From positions 36,634-100,633 of the forward strand of contig JAZRTK010000026.1 in the NCBI GenBank assembly GCA_045651985.1: DNA of 64,000 bases, given 5' to 3'. Shown here piece after piece: positions 25,244 to 36,713 of the stretch (position 1 is its first letter; each line of letters begins with the position of its first letter). The DNA comes from Eubacteriales bacterium (GTDB taxonomy: Bacteria > Bacillota > Clostridia > Oscillospirales > CAG-272). The notes beneath the pieces were generated by a model, which was given only the letters and a program-made list of their open reading frames with translations, had not been told where the DNA came from and made no database searches. The translations under genes and the position numbers were made by a program.

Positions 25244-25275
25244 AAAAGAGACGCTTATAAAGCGTCTCTTTTTTA
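25244..25275 (+). terminator. intrinsic terminator ending the SipW/TasA-like cluster
   Basis: AAAAGAGACGCTT-ata-AAGCGTCTC followed by TTTTTT. Confidence 0.85.
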
Positions 25276-25287
25276 CGTCGATAACTG

Positions 25288-25315
25288 TTGATTTTTGCGA
25301 GTTTTGTGATATAAT
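25288..25315 (+). promoter_or_regulatory. promoter with extended -10
   Basis: TTGATT (25288-25293), 16-nt spacer, TGaTATAAT (-10 at 25310-25315). Confidence 0.55.
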
Positions 25316-25348
25316 TGTAATATAAACCTTACGGGAGGCGCACGGGAC

Positions 25349-26947
25349 GTGAAAAAAACATTCAATTACATCTTGCTCATAAACTGGGCTTGGCTGATCT
25401 CATCGCTTATAAATGCCGTGTCTCCTTTCTTGCCCGCATCTATACAAACCTCTTTTTTGACCCCGTATGATATGGGGCCGCTTTGGATGCTTTTGTTTCT
25501 TTCTGTCATGCTCGTTTTTATTGCGGAGCACAAAATGTATAAAAAAACGTGGCTGCAGGGAGTTTTCAGAACGATCGCCCTCGTTTCGCTTTTACCGGGT
25601 GTATTTTTTGCATGCACGTTCCTTTACCGCGGCTTTTCTTCATTTAAGTATATATCGGGCTGCGTTATGCTCTGTCTTTTCGCCGCCTTGCTTGTCTTGT
25701 TCCACAAAGCCTATAACAAATTACTTCTCAAAAAGGTCACAGCGGTATGGGAGGCAACGTCACTTATCACCGCTATGATCGGCGTATCCCTTTGGGTCCC
25801 GAATATGTGGGGCATCCGCCTGCCTCAGATAACTCTGAACGGCGATCTTCTTGACTATTACATAGGTCTGCTTTCCTTGACGTTTATCACTATTTCGGTC
25901 ATGAGCATGCTTTCTGACAAAAGCGTTATCATATACTGGGAAAACGTCGCCGAGGCGAAGCTTATAAAGCCGCTGTTTGGCAGCTTTGTGGCGTACACTG
26001 CCTATTCGATCTCCGCCACCGTTGGCGCGGGAATCAGCGTTTTGCTCGGCAATTCTCTTGCTTTTGCGGTATTTCTCGTGATCAACGTACTGATTTTGAT
26101 ATTCCTTACGCTTACCATGGTAGACGTTTACTACGGCAGAGAGCAAAAACGGCGGGGACTCGCCCAAAAATTGCGTATTGCCACGGGAATGCGAAAAATG
26201 CCCGAGTTCTTCTTTTCCGACGATCTGGCATTTTACAAAAGCATGGACTATCGTGACATGATGCAAAATCTTCACCATTATCTTTACCACGAGATCGAAG
26301 AGCGCAATATCCCGTATATCCGCGAGGTGGCGGAGCTTTACGGAGGGTATATGAATTGTTTTGACACAAAAGAGGGTGAGGAGGTCAAAAAACTTTTGTT
26401 CTCGGCACCTATTGAGTTAAATCAAATGGTAGTGGACGGAATCGGCGCGCGGGTGTCTGAAATGGCGCAAAAGCACGATTCACTCAACGCTTATGCAAAC
26501 CAAACGTGGAGGGAGGACGATCCGCTGTGGGCAAAGCTGGCCGAGAATGAAACTCTGGAATATCTTACGGCTGACCCTTCGCTTACCGACAAATTCGCGG
26601 AAACCGTCCTTGACAGAGTGACGCTTTTGTTCAACGATCTCCTTCTCTCAAAGGGGCAGTCCTACGAATGGAGGTTTCACATAACAAAAACCTTCCGCCG
26701 CTACCACTGTCGGGTAAATCACAGGCTTTTTGAAAGGCTTATTCCCGTATACGACCCCGACAACGATTTGATACCGAGCCTTGCTCATATAATTCTCTAT
26801 TTAATGAAAAACGGAAGCGACGGTACTCGCCGTTTAATTGAAAAGCACCCCGCGGTCAGAGCCTTTGGCATACACTTAAAGCGCCTTGGTTTTACCGACC
26901 CCGAGATCTCATTGTGGTACAAATATTTCGGCATCGACCATCAATAA
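25349..26947 (+). CDS. polytopic membrane protein with soluble C-terminal domain, unknown function
   Basis: GTG start with GGGAGG 9 nt upstream. It has at least six hydrophobic helices in the first ~260 aa and no recognisable motif. Confidence 0.6.
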   Translation: MKKTFNYILLINWAWLISSLINAVSPFLPASIQTSFLTPYDMGPLWMLLFLSVMLVFIAEHKMYKKTWLQGVFRTIALVSLLPGVFFACTFLYRGFSSFKYISGCVMLCLFAALLVLFHKAYNKLLLKKVTAVWEATSLITAMIGVSLWVPNMWGIRLPQITLNGDLLDYYIGLLSLTFITISVMSMLSDKSVIIYWENVAEAKLIKPLFGSFVAYTAYSISATVGAGISVLLGNSLAFAVFLVINVLILIFLTLTMVDVYYGREQKRRGLAQKLRIATGMRKMPEFFFSDDLAFYKSMDYRDMMQNLHHYLYHEIEERNIPYIREVAELYGGYMNCFDTKEGEEVKKLLFSAPIELNQMVVDGIGARVSEMAQKHDSLNAYANQTWREDDPLWAKLAENETLEYLTADPSLTDKFAETVLDRVTLLFNDLLLSKGQSYEWRFHITKTFRRYHCRVNHRLFERLIPVYDPDNDLIPSLAHIILYLMKNGSDGTRRLIEKHPAVRAFGIHLKRLGFTDPEISLWYKYFGIDHQ

Positions 26948-26978
26948 AATTACCCGAAATTTACAGCCTACAAAAAAA

Positions 26979-27005
26979 CAGGCGACACCAGCAGGTGTCG
27001 GCTGT
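26979..27005 (-). terminator. intrinsic terminator for the minus-strand small peptide gene
   Basis: CGACACC-agca-GGTGTCG with extended pairing. On the minus strand it is followed by TTTTTTT (26972-26978). Confidence 0.75.
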
Positions 27006-27009
27006 CTCT

Positions 27010-27126
27010 TTATGGTCTGAAAATCGGGCCCCATCCGTCGTTGTTCTCGGGAGTAGATACAGCCAAGATATTCTGACTTGGCTCTCCCAATATCTCAAGA
27101 GCGGGCGCAGTATATTTTTCTTTCAT
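27010..27126 (-). CDS. 38-aa peptide MKEKYTAPALEILGEPSQNILAVSTPENNDGWGPIFRP (below ORF-track cutoff)
   Basis: AAAGGAAAGGAG SD upstream of the ATG (27126-27124). It has its own consensus promoter and its own terminator. Confidence 0.5.
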   Translation of the reverse strand: MKEKYTAPALEILGEPSQNILAVSTPENNDGWGPIFRP

Positions 27127-27155
27127 TTCCACACTCCTTTCCTTTTTATACAAAA

Positions 27156-27184
27156 ATTATACACCTTTTCGGCAGATATGTCAA
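27156..27184 (-). promoter_or_regulatory. perfect consensus promoter for the 38-aa peptide gene
   Basis: On the minus strand: TTGACA (27184-27179), 17-nt spacer, TATAAT (27161-27156). Confidence 0.65.
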
Positions 27185-27310
27185 TAGGAAAATTTCATCA
27201 AAAAATATTCCTATCCAAAAATCCAAATAAATCGCAATGGGACGCACCGTTTCTCGGTCGTGCCACATGCATAAATAATGCAAAATCGTGCTTAAATTAA
27301 GACTGTAAAA

Positions 27311-29881
27311 TTACTCCCCGTCGGTGTTTTCCTCGGTTGGTGCAACGGGCTCTTTCATTATGGGAGCGTCCTGGTCGGGAATCTCCTGAACGGTCGCCGC
27401 CTGAGCCTCCTCGGCAGCCTTTTCAAGCTCTGCCTCGTTTTCAATGCGCGCCATTCCGATGATCTTCGCTTCTTCCTCAACGTTCATCACCTTGACACCG
27501 CCTGCGGTTCTGGAATACACGTTGATGCTGTCAACAGCCGTTCGAATGATTACGCCCTCATCGGTGATGACCATTACGTCATCGTCGTCGCTGACCGCCA
27601 AGATGCCCGCCAGCTTGCCCGAATCCTCGGTGATATTATGAACTGCGTAGCCCGTACCGCCCCTGTTCTTCATTGAACGGAAGTCCGCAAACTCGCTTCG
27701 CTTACCCTTGCCCTTTTCGGTGACGGTCAGCAGCTTCTTGCCGTCCTCTACCACAACGGTTCCCTTTATAAAGTCGCCCTCGCGCAAAGTCATTCCGCGC
27801 ACACCTCTTGCGGGACGTCCCATTGCACGGACGTTCTGCTCACTGAAGCGTACTGCCTGACCCTCGTGGGAAGCGATAATAATGTCACTCTCGCCATGGG
27901 TATGAACCACGTACAGAAGCTCGTCGTCCTCGTCAAGACCGATAGCGATCTTGCCGCCCTTTCTCTGGTACTCAAACTCGGAGAGCAGGGTCTTCTTAAT
28001 GACACCGTTCTTTGTTACCATGGTAAGATATTCGCTGTCAGCAAAGCCCGTGATACCGACCAGCGAGGTAATTCTCTCTCCCTCACGCAGGTCGAGAATG
28101 TTCACGATATTTGAGCCCTTTGCGGTTCTTGACGCCTCGGGAACGCGGTAAGCCTTCAAGGTGTAAACTCGTCCCGTGTTGGTAAAGAGCATCAGATAAG
28201 CGTGGCTGTTCATTACCACAACGCGGTCGATAAAATCGTTTTCCTTTGTGGTCATTCCGATCTTGCCCACGCCGCCGCGGTTCTGTGCCGCGTACTCGTC
28301 AACAGGCTGGCGCTTGATATAGCCCGCCTGTGTCATGGTAATAACGCAGGTGTGACGCTCGATCAGGTCCTCAAGATCGATCTCGTCGGTAGCTTCGACG
28401 ATATCTGTACGGCGAGGCTCGCCGAACTTGTCCTTGATCTCACTCATTTCTTCCTTAATTATAGCCTTCACGCGCCACTCGTTTGCAAGAATATCGCGCA
28501 GGTCGGCGATAGTGATGTTGAGCTTGTCAAGCTCGTCCTCTATCTTCTTTGTTTCAAGACCCGTCAGACGGCCAAGGGTCATCTCGACTATAGCCTGAGA
28601 CTGTGCATCGGTAAGACCGAAGCGCTCCATAAGCCTTTCCTTGGAATTGGGAATAGACTCGGAGGTCTTCATGATCTCCACCACCTCGTCGATATTGGCA
28701 ATAGCTATCTTATAACCCTCAAGGATATGCGCTCTTGCGAGAGCCTTATCCAGATCGAACTTGGTCCTTCTCTCAATTACCTGCTCCTGATGAGCGATGT
28801 AAATATCGAGAATTTCGGGCAGAGACAGAATTCTCGGCTCGTTGTTGACCAGCGCCAGCATATTTACGGCGCAGGTGTCCTGAAGCTGTGTATACTTGTA
28901 TAACTGATTAAGAATTACCTGTCCGTTTGCGTCGTTCTTGAACTCAACGACGATCCTCATACCGTCCTTACCCGACTCGTCGCGGATATCGCGGATACCC
29001 TCGACTCTCTTATCCTTAACAAGATTAGCCATTGCGATGCAAAGCTCCTTCTTGTTTACCTGATAAGGGATCTCGGTGATGATTATGCGGTGCTTTTCTT
29101 CCTCGATCTCCGCCTTGGCGCGGACCATAATGTGACCCTTACCCGTGCGGTAAGCCTCCTCTATTCCCTTTGTGCCGTAAATAGTTGCGGCGGTGGGGAA
29201 ATCGGGACCCTTGACGTGCTGCATCAGCTCTTCAAGAGTACACTCGGGGTTGTCGATGCGGCAGATCGTCGCATCAATTACCTCTGCCAGATTGTGTGTC
29301 GGAATATTTGTCGCCATACCTACGGCGATACCGATAGCGCCGTTTACAAGCAGGTTGGGGAACTTTGCGGGCAGGACCGTAGGCTCCTGAAGCTTGTTGT
29401 CAAAGTTGGGCATGAAGTCAACGACTTTCTTCTCGATGTCGCGCATCATGTAATCCGCGATTTTCGACATTCTCGCCTCGGTGTAACGGTAAGCAGCAGC
29501 GCCGTCGCCGTCCACTGAGCCAAAGTTGCCCTGACCGTCTACCAGCACGTGGCGCATTGAGAATTTCTGGGCAAATCTTACCATTGTGCCGTAGACCGCC
29601 GCGTCACCGTGGGGGTGATAGCGACCAAGCACGTTACCTACCGTCGTTGCCGACTTGCGGTAAGGCTTGTCGTAGGTCAGATTATCCTCGTACATAGCGT
29701 AGAGAATCCTTCTCTGACCGGGCTTCATGCCGTCTCGCGCGTCAGGCAGTGCTCGGCTCATGATTACGCTCATGGCGTACTCGATAAAGGACTTCTTTAC
29801 CTCTTTTTCAATGTCAATATCTACTATTTTCTGATTTTCGAACAGTATGTCCTGCTCGGTGTACTCGTTATTTTTAGCCAT
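27311..29881 (-). CDS. gyrA: DNA gyrase subunit A
   Basis: The [31 protein letters not shown] active-site region and C-terminal beta-pinwheel repeats are unmistakable. Confidence 0.97.
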   Translation of the reverse strand: MAKNNEYTEQDILFENQKIVDIDIEKEVKKSFIEYAMSVIMSRALPDARDGMKPGQRRILYAMYEDNLTYDKPYRKSATTVGNVLGRYHPHGDAAVYGTMVRFAQKFSMRHVLVDGQGNFGSVDGDGAAAYRYTEARMSKIADYMMRDIEKKVVDFMPNFDNKLQEPTVLPAKFPNLLVNGAIGIAVGMATNIPTHNLAEVIDATICRIDNPECTLEELMQHVKGPDFPTAATIYGTKGIEEAYRTGKGHIMVRAKAEIEEEKHRIIITEIPYQVNKKELCIAMANLVKDKRVEGIRDIRDESGKDGMRIVVEFKNDANGQVILNQLYKYTQLQDTCAVNMLALVNNEPRILSLPEILDIYIAHQEQVIERRTKFDLDKALARAHILEGYKIAIANIDEVVEIMKTSESIPNSKERLMERFGLTDAQSQAIVEMTLGRLTGLETKKIEDELDKLNITIADLRDILANEWRVKAIIKEEMSEIKDKFGEPRRTDIVEATDEIDLEDLIERHTCVITMTQAGYIKRQPVDEYAAQNRGGVGKIGMTTKENDFIDRVVVMNSHAYLMLFTNTGRVYTLKAYRVPEASRTAKGSNIVNILDLREGERITSLVGITGFADSEYLTMVTKNGVIKKTLLSEFEYQRKGGKIAIGLDEDDELLYVVHTHGESDIIIASHEGQAVRFSEQNVRAMGRPARGVRGMTLREGDFIKGTVVVEDGKKLLTVTEKGKGKRSEFADFRSMKNRGGTGYAVHNITEDSGKLAGILAVSDDDDVMVITDEGVIIRTAVDSINVYSRTAGGVKVMNVEEEAKIIGMARIENEAELEKAAEEAQAATVQEIPDQDAPIMKEPVAPTEENTDGE

Positions 29882-29976
29882 TTTCTATTGCCTTTCCTTA
29901 AATATCCAATTTTCATAAACGCTCAGCTTTTTCCTCGGTTAACGCCAAGGAATTGTATGAGCTTCGTTTGCGTTTA

Positions 29977-31920
<1,944 letters not shown>

Positions 31921-31955
31921 TTACGTTGGAAATTTTATGTAAGAATATGTGTTTT

Positions 31956-33419
31956 TCAGACGCTTATACGCTTGGTACAATCGATCAGTATCCCGAGCTC
32001 GGAAAAAGGGATCTTTTCTCCGTTTATAAGCTGGTAATCCTCGTGACCCTTGCCCGCAAGCAGAATAATATCACCCTTTTGCGCTATTGAAACTGCTTTT
32101 TCGATAGCCGCGCGGCGGTCCGAGACCTTTAAATACGGACAATTTTCCATGTGAGATGCGATCTCATCAATTATCTGATCGGGGTCCTCAAAGTCGGGAT
32201 TGTCCGAGGTAATGATACAAAGGTCACAGTATTTTGAAGCCGACACAGCAAGCTCTGCCCTTCTTGTTTTCGTCCGACCTCCAACCGACCCGAACAGACA
32301 TATAAGCCTTTTCGGCTCGTACGCGCTTAAAACTCTCAAAACACTTTCAAGGCTTGCGCCGTTGTGGGCGTAGTCGATAACAAAGGTAGCATCAGAGTCA
32401 CAGTCAACCACCTGAAATCTGCCGTCAAGCTTCACGCTTTCAAAAGACTTTGCGATCCTTTCGATCCTCACACCCGCTTTAATACAGGCGACCGATGCCG
32501 CCAAGGCATTGTGAATATTGAAGATTCCCGGCATGGGCAGCTTTACTCTTTGGCGTTTGTCGCAAACGCAAAGGTCAAATTCAACTCCCAGATTTTTGCC
32601 GTTTCCCGACAGCGCCGTATTTTCGGCTCTTATCCAGCCCTTGCCGCCAACCGTGTACTCAACTCTGTGACCCTCGGTACCTTCGGTCATAAGATCCGAA
32701 TAAGGGTCGTCGCCGTTGGTGACTACAAGCGTGGTCGGAAACTCCGAAAACAGCCGTCTTTTTGAGTCTCTGTAATGCTCAAAGGTAGGGTGCTCGGCGC
32801 CTCCTATGTGGTCGGGGTAAAGATTTGTGTAAATGAGGCTGTCAAATTCGATTCCTCTTACCCGATTCAGATAAAGAGCCTGTGATGAAACCTCCAAGAC
32901 CGCGTATTTTACGCCGTCCTTTACCATATCGCTCATTATCCGAGCCAGCTCGGAGCTTTCGGGTGTGGTGTTGACTGTCTTTTCGGCATGATTGCCAAAC
33001 AAAACACCGTTTGTTCCTATGTAACCCGTTTTTATTTTATTGTCGTTTAACGTGTGATAAATAAACTGAGCCGTTGTTGTCTTGCCCTTTGTACCCGTTA
33101 TTCCGATGACCTTTATTTTTTCGGACGGGTGACCGTAAAACTCGTGTGAAAATTCTGCCAGCGCGATTCTCGTGTCGTCAAAAATAAGAACCTGAGCGTC
33201 GTCGGGAAGGTTTAAATTCTTCTCGGAAGCGAAATTTCTGCACCCTTTGTCATATGCCGACCGAGCAAAATCGTGGCCGTCGAATCTTGCCCCCGATATG
33301 CACACGAAAAGACTGTTTTCGTCTGCTGTGCGTGAATCGGACGTTATTTTTTTTATATCGGCTTCAGCTTTTATTTGATTTTTCGGACGGTAATTTACCG
33401 TCAAATACGATAATAGCAT
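31956..33419 (-). CDS. murE: Mur ligase family, MurE-like UDP-MurNAc-tripeptide synthetase
   Basis: GITGTKGKTTT P-loop, TNLYPDHIG, DYAHNGASL. Reads SDNPD where DAP-adding enzymes have DNPR. Confidence 0.75.
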   Translation of the reverse strand: MLLSYLTVNYRPKNQIKAEADIKKITSDSRTADENSLFVCISGARFDGHDFARSAYDKGCRNFASEKNLNLPDDAQVLIFDDTRIALAEFSHEFYGHPSEKIKVIGITGTKGKTTTAQFIYHTLNDNKIKTGYIGTNGVLFGNHAEKTVNTTPESSELARIMSDMVKDGVKYAVLEVSSQALYLNRVRGIEFDSLIYTNLYPDHIGGAEHPTFEHYRDSKRRLFSEFPTTLVVTNGDDPYSDLMTEGTEGHRVEYTVGGKGWIRAENTALSGNGKNLGVEFDLCVCDKRQRVKLPMPGIFNIHNALAASVACIKAGVRIERIAKSFESVKLDGRFQVVDCDSDATFVIDYAHNGASLESVLRVLSAYEPKRLICLFGSVGGRTKTRRAELAVSASKYCDLCIITSDNPDFEDPDQIIDEIASHMENCPYLKVSDRRAAIEKAVSIAQKGDIILLAGKGHEDYQLINGEKIPFSELGILIDCTKRISV

Positions 33420-33422
33420 GAA

Positions 33423-33740
33423 TTATAAATTTTTCTCCTGATTTTGAGCCGAATCCTCGCCTATTTTGTTTGCGCGGAGGCGTCCCTCAAGCGCGGACGA
33501 TGAAAGCTGTGAAAAACAGACCTTGAATTTACCGGGGTCGGCAAAATCCGACACCGTATCCGAATACAAAACGAAGGATTTCGGTATTTCCTCTTGGTTT
33601 GCGACTTCAACAAGACCCGCCTGCTGAGCCTCTTTCAGATATTTTTTGGTTTCACTCGCGACAGTTGCGTTATCGGCGTCAAAAATTCCGATAATGTTAC
33701 GAACGCGTATATTTTTGTTGTTTCCCACGTGTAAAAACAT
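33423..33740 (-). CDS. remB: DUF370 family protein (RemB/YaaB-like)
   Basis: The N-terminus MFLHVGNNKNIRVRNIIGIFD is typical of DUF370. Its position between recF and gyrB is as in B. subtilis. Confidence 0.65.
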   Translation of the reverse strand: MFLHVGNNKNIRVRNIIGIFDADNATVASETKKYLKEAQQAGLVEVANQEEIPKSFVLYSDTVSDFADPGKFKVCFSQLSSSALEGRLRANKIGEDSAQNQEKNL

Positions 33741-33758
33741 CCTTTTTTCCTTGTAATA

Positions 33759-34868
33759 TTACAGATCCTGTATATATTTTCCGTTTTCTACGGTAATTTT
33801 GTTAACGTCCCCGAAATCTGCGTCCTCGCAGGTTGTCATAATGACCTGTCTGCCTGCAACCGAGGACAAAAGAAATTCTCTGCGAGCACTGTCAAGTTCG
33901 CTTAATACGTCATCAAGCAGAAGAACAGGAAAATCTCCCGTTTCTTTTTTACAGATATCTCCCTCTGCCAGCTTCAGAGCAAGAGCTATTGAGCGTTGCT
34001 GACCCTGAGAAGCAAATCTTCGTGCTTCCTTTGAGTTTATCTTAATGTCAATATCGTCCTTGTGGATTCCCCAAAGGGTAGCACCCGCACCTATCTCGCG
34101 GTCGTGGTTTTCTGTGAGAAGCTTTAAAAATCTCTCCTCATTTGCGTGAAGGTCTTGGTAGCTTTCAAGCTTTCCCGACCCCGCGTAGGAAATTTCGATC
34201 TTCTCGCTTTTGTGCGACATATCCATTATGATTTCGGACACCGCATCATGGACCAATTTCACGTATTTTTCGCGGTAAGATGCAATGATCGCCGCCTCGT
34301 GGGCAAGCTGTGCGGACCAGATATCAACCGTGCTTTCAAAAAGCCGTCTGTCTTCCTCTGCACACTTGATGAGCTTGTTTCTTTGCTCTAAAACAGCGTA
34401 ATAGCGCTGTAAGGACCGCAAGTAAACGGGTCTGAACTGAGAGATCGCAACGTCAAGATAGGATCTTCGCATTGAAGGTCCCTCTTTTACAAGCGAAAGA
34501 TGCTCGGGGCAGAAAAGAACTGCGCGAAAATCTCCTATCATTTCAGAAAGTTTTCCGATTTTTACGCCATTTATTTCAATGGTACGGCGGCCCTTTCTCG
34601 CCATTTTCATAGTAATATTCTGAATATCGGAGCGGGAATTTTCCCGATAGAAAAGGGAAATTCTCGCCTCGTTTTGCGAGAAATTCACAAGATCGCTTTC
34701 CTTTGTTCCCCTAAAGGATTTTCCCAGCGAGAACATATAGATAGCCTCAAGCAGATTAGTCTTACCCTGTGCATTGTTTCCAACAAGGACGTTTACACCG
34801 TCGGTGAAGTTTACGTCAGCCTCAAGAGAATTTCTGAAATTCAGGGTCTTGATATTGGTGCAAACCAT
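33759..34868 (-). CDS. recF: DNA replication/repair protein RecF
   Basis: GNNAQGKTNLLEA Walker A, the SQGQQRS signature and LLLDDVLSELD Walker B. Confidence 0.93.
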   Translation of the reverse strand: MVCTNIKTLNFRNSLEADVNFTDGVNVLVGNNAQGKTNLLEAIYMFSLGKSFRGTKESDLVNFSQNEARISLFYRENSRSDIQNITMKMARKGRRTIEINGVKIGKLSEMIGDFRAVLFCPEHLSLVKEGPSMRRSYLDVAISQFRPVYLRSLQRYYAVLEQRNKLIKCAEEDRRLFESTVDIWSAQLAHEAAIIASYREKYVKLVHDAVSEIIMDMSHKSEKIEISYAGSGKLESYQDLHANEERFLKLLTENHDREIGAGATLWGIHKDDIDIKINSKEARRFASQGQQRSIALALKLAEGDICKKETGDFPVLLLDDVLSELDSARREFLLSSVAGRQVIMTTCEDADFGDVNKITVENGKYIQDL

Positions 34869-34932
34869 TTTTCAGTTCTCCTTCGGTCTGATTTTTTGTC
34901 GACGGCGTTATTTTACCATAAAATAACCGTCT

Positions 34933-34958
34933 GTGACTGACAGAAATCTGTCAGTGAC
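34933..34958. terminator. hairpin in dnaN-recF spacer
   Basis: GTGACTGACAG-aaat-CTGTCAGTGAC (one mismatch) with T-rich flanks. Function is uncertain. Confidence 0.35.
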
Positions 34959-35028
34959 ATTTTTTATTGAAAGTTTTGGTCAAGCTTTTTCTTTGCGCCT
35001 GTTTCTGCCAAAGAAAAAGCGGACTTGG

Positions 35029-36183
35029 TTACTGCTCTCTCATACGAACGGGCAGGAGCATAAATATTTCTTCTACGTTTTCGTCTTCTTCAACAGGCTC
35101 CACGTTGATGCTTGCAAGAGGAGATGTCATAGATATCTTTATCTTTTCGGTTGAAGCTGCGCGTACCGTATCCATAAGATAGCGGTTGTTGAAAGCGATA
35201 AGCACGCTGTCGCCATTGTGGTCTGTTGCGATCTCATCGTAGGACGAACCGTTTGTTGAAGCCGCGGAGATCTTGAGAACTCCCGACTCAAACTCAAGCT
35301 TAACGTGGCTTCGCATAGATCCCGCGATCTTTTCCTCGGTAATAAGGGAAGCTCTTTCAAGAGCACCCAGCATTTCCTCGCGGTCAAGCACTGCAGTTGT
35401 GGGATGGTTGGTCTGGATAATGCGGTCGTAGTCGATATACTCGCCTTCAATGAGACGCGAGAAGAACACGTACTCGCCTATCTCAAATACAATATGCTTT
35501 CTCATGATATATATACGCGTAATTCTGTCCTCGTCGTCTGACAGCATACGGCAAAGCTCGTTTACCGTCTTTACGGGCAGGATAAATGCGTACCTTATAT
35601 ATTTATCTTCGGGGTTGCCCGCCTTTATGGGCATGGAGCGGGAGCATTTTGCCAGCTTGAATGAGTCGCAGGCGACCATAAGGATCTCTTCGTCCTCAAC
35701 CTGCACGAAACAGCCGTTTAATACCTGCCTCTGGTCAACGGTACCCATAGCATAGCTGATTTTTCTGAACATACGGAGCAAAGCAGACTGTTCAATGAAG
35801 AACCCCATCTGACTCTTTAAAGACGGCACAGCGGGAAAATCCTCGCCTCTCAGTGCGTTCATTCTGAACTTTGACTTGCCGTCGGTGATAGTAACGCCCA
35901 GCTTTTCGTCAATTATCATTTCTATCTCGTCGCCGTCAAGAAGCTGGAGAGTCTGGAAGAATTTTTGAGCGTTTATTACGTTAAATCCTTCTTTTTCGAC
36001 CTGCGCTTCGACGCGGGTCCTGATTCCCTTTTCAAGATCATAGGTAGTAAAGATACAAGTATCGGGTTCTCTTGCCTCGATCAAAATTCCCTCGACGGCG
36101 GGAACGGTAGATCTGTTAACGGCTGTTGCCATAAGCGGAGCAATAGAGGACGCAAGCTCTGTTCTCTTGAATCTGATTTTCAT
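35029..36183 (-). CDS. dnaN: DNA polymerase III beta sliding clamp
   Basis: Size, three-domain repeat character and position immediately downstream of dnaA. The N-terminus is MKIRFKRTELASSI. Confidence 0.93.
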   Translation of the reverse strand: MKIRFKRTELASSIAPLMATAVNRSTVPAVEGILIEAREPDTCIFTTYDLEKGIRTRVEAQVEKEGFNVINAQKFFQTLQLLDGDEIEMIIDEKLGVTITDGKSKFRMNALRGEDFPAVPSLKSQMGFFIEQSALLRMFRKISYAMGTVDQRQVLNGCFVQVEDEEILMVACDSFKLAKCSRSMPIKAGNPEDKYIRYAFILPVKTVNELCRMLSDDEDRITRIYIMRKHIVFEIGEYVFFSRLIEGEYIDYDRIIQTNHPTTAVLDREEMLGALERASLITEEKIAGSMRSHVKLEFESGVLKISAASTNGSSYDEIATDHNGDSVLIAFNNRYLMDTVRAASTEKIKISMTSPLASINVEPVEEDENVEEIFMLLPVRMREQ

Positions 36184-36322
36184 TTGTATCTCCTTTTCGA
36201 GAGTATCTCTCTCATTTATTTAGTAATTTTAAAAATTTATTTTTAAATCATATTTTTTCCTTCGCGCGAAAGAAAGAAAAGATAGAATATATAGAATAAA
36301 TAGAAGTAGTCGTTATAGGGCC

Positions 36323-36700
36323 TGTGGAAATGGTGGAAAAGCTCGGCAGGTCTTTTTGTAAAAGACTTTTTAACACTTTTTCATGATCAAAACCACATGG
36401 AAAGACTGTTGAAAAGATTCCGAAAACCTTGTGACTTTCTTTTTTGGGATAAATTTAAAGAAAAAATTAATCTCCTCAAAATTTTCCACAATTTTTACAC
36501 AAGTCAAGATTTCAATAACTTCATTTTGGAGATGTGGAAAAATAATAAGAAAAAAAATCACTCCACATTTTCCAAATATAGATTTTCCCGATCTTCATTT
36601 ATTTGATCTCAAAGGCTTTCACAATATTACCGTCATTTTTTCCACAGAAAAAATAAAATATTTTATCATAAAAAAATCAAGTGTAAAAGCGTGTGGATAA
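36323..36700. promoter_or_regulatory. oriC DnaA-box cluster between dnaA and dnaN
   Basis: One perfect TGTGGATAA (36692-36700). One-mismatch boxes are TTTTCCACA (36482-36490, 36638-36646) and TGTGGAAAA (36533-36541). A weaker TGTGGAAAT sits at 36323-36331. Confidence 0.7.
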
Positions 36701-36713
36701 GCTGTTTAAAAGA

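Noticed and set aside
26914-27300. 128-aa plus-strand ORF downstream of the membrane protein gene
   Set aside because: It overlaps the end of the upstream gene and spans a terminator hairpin. It also spans the promoter, RBS and ORF of the better-supported minus-strand 38-aa gene. No RBS.
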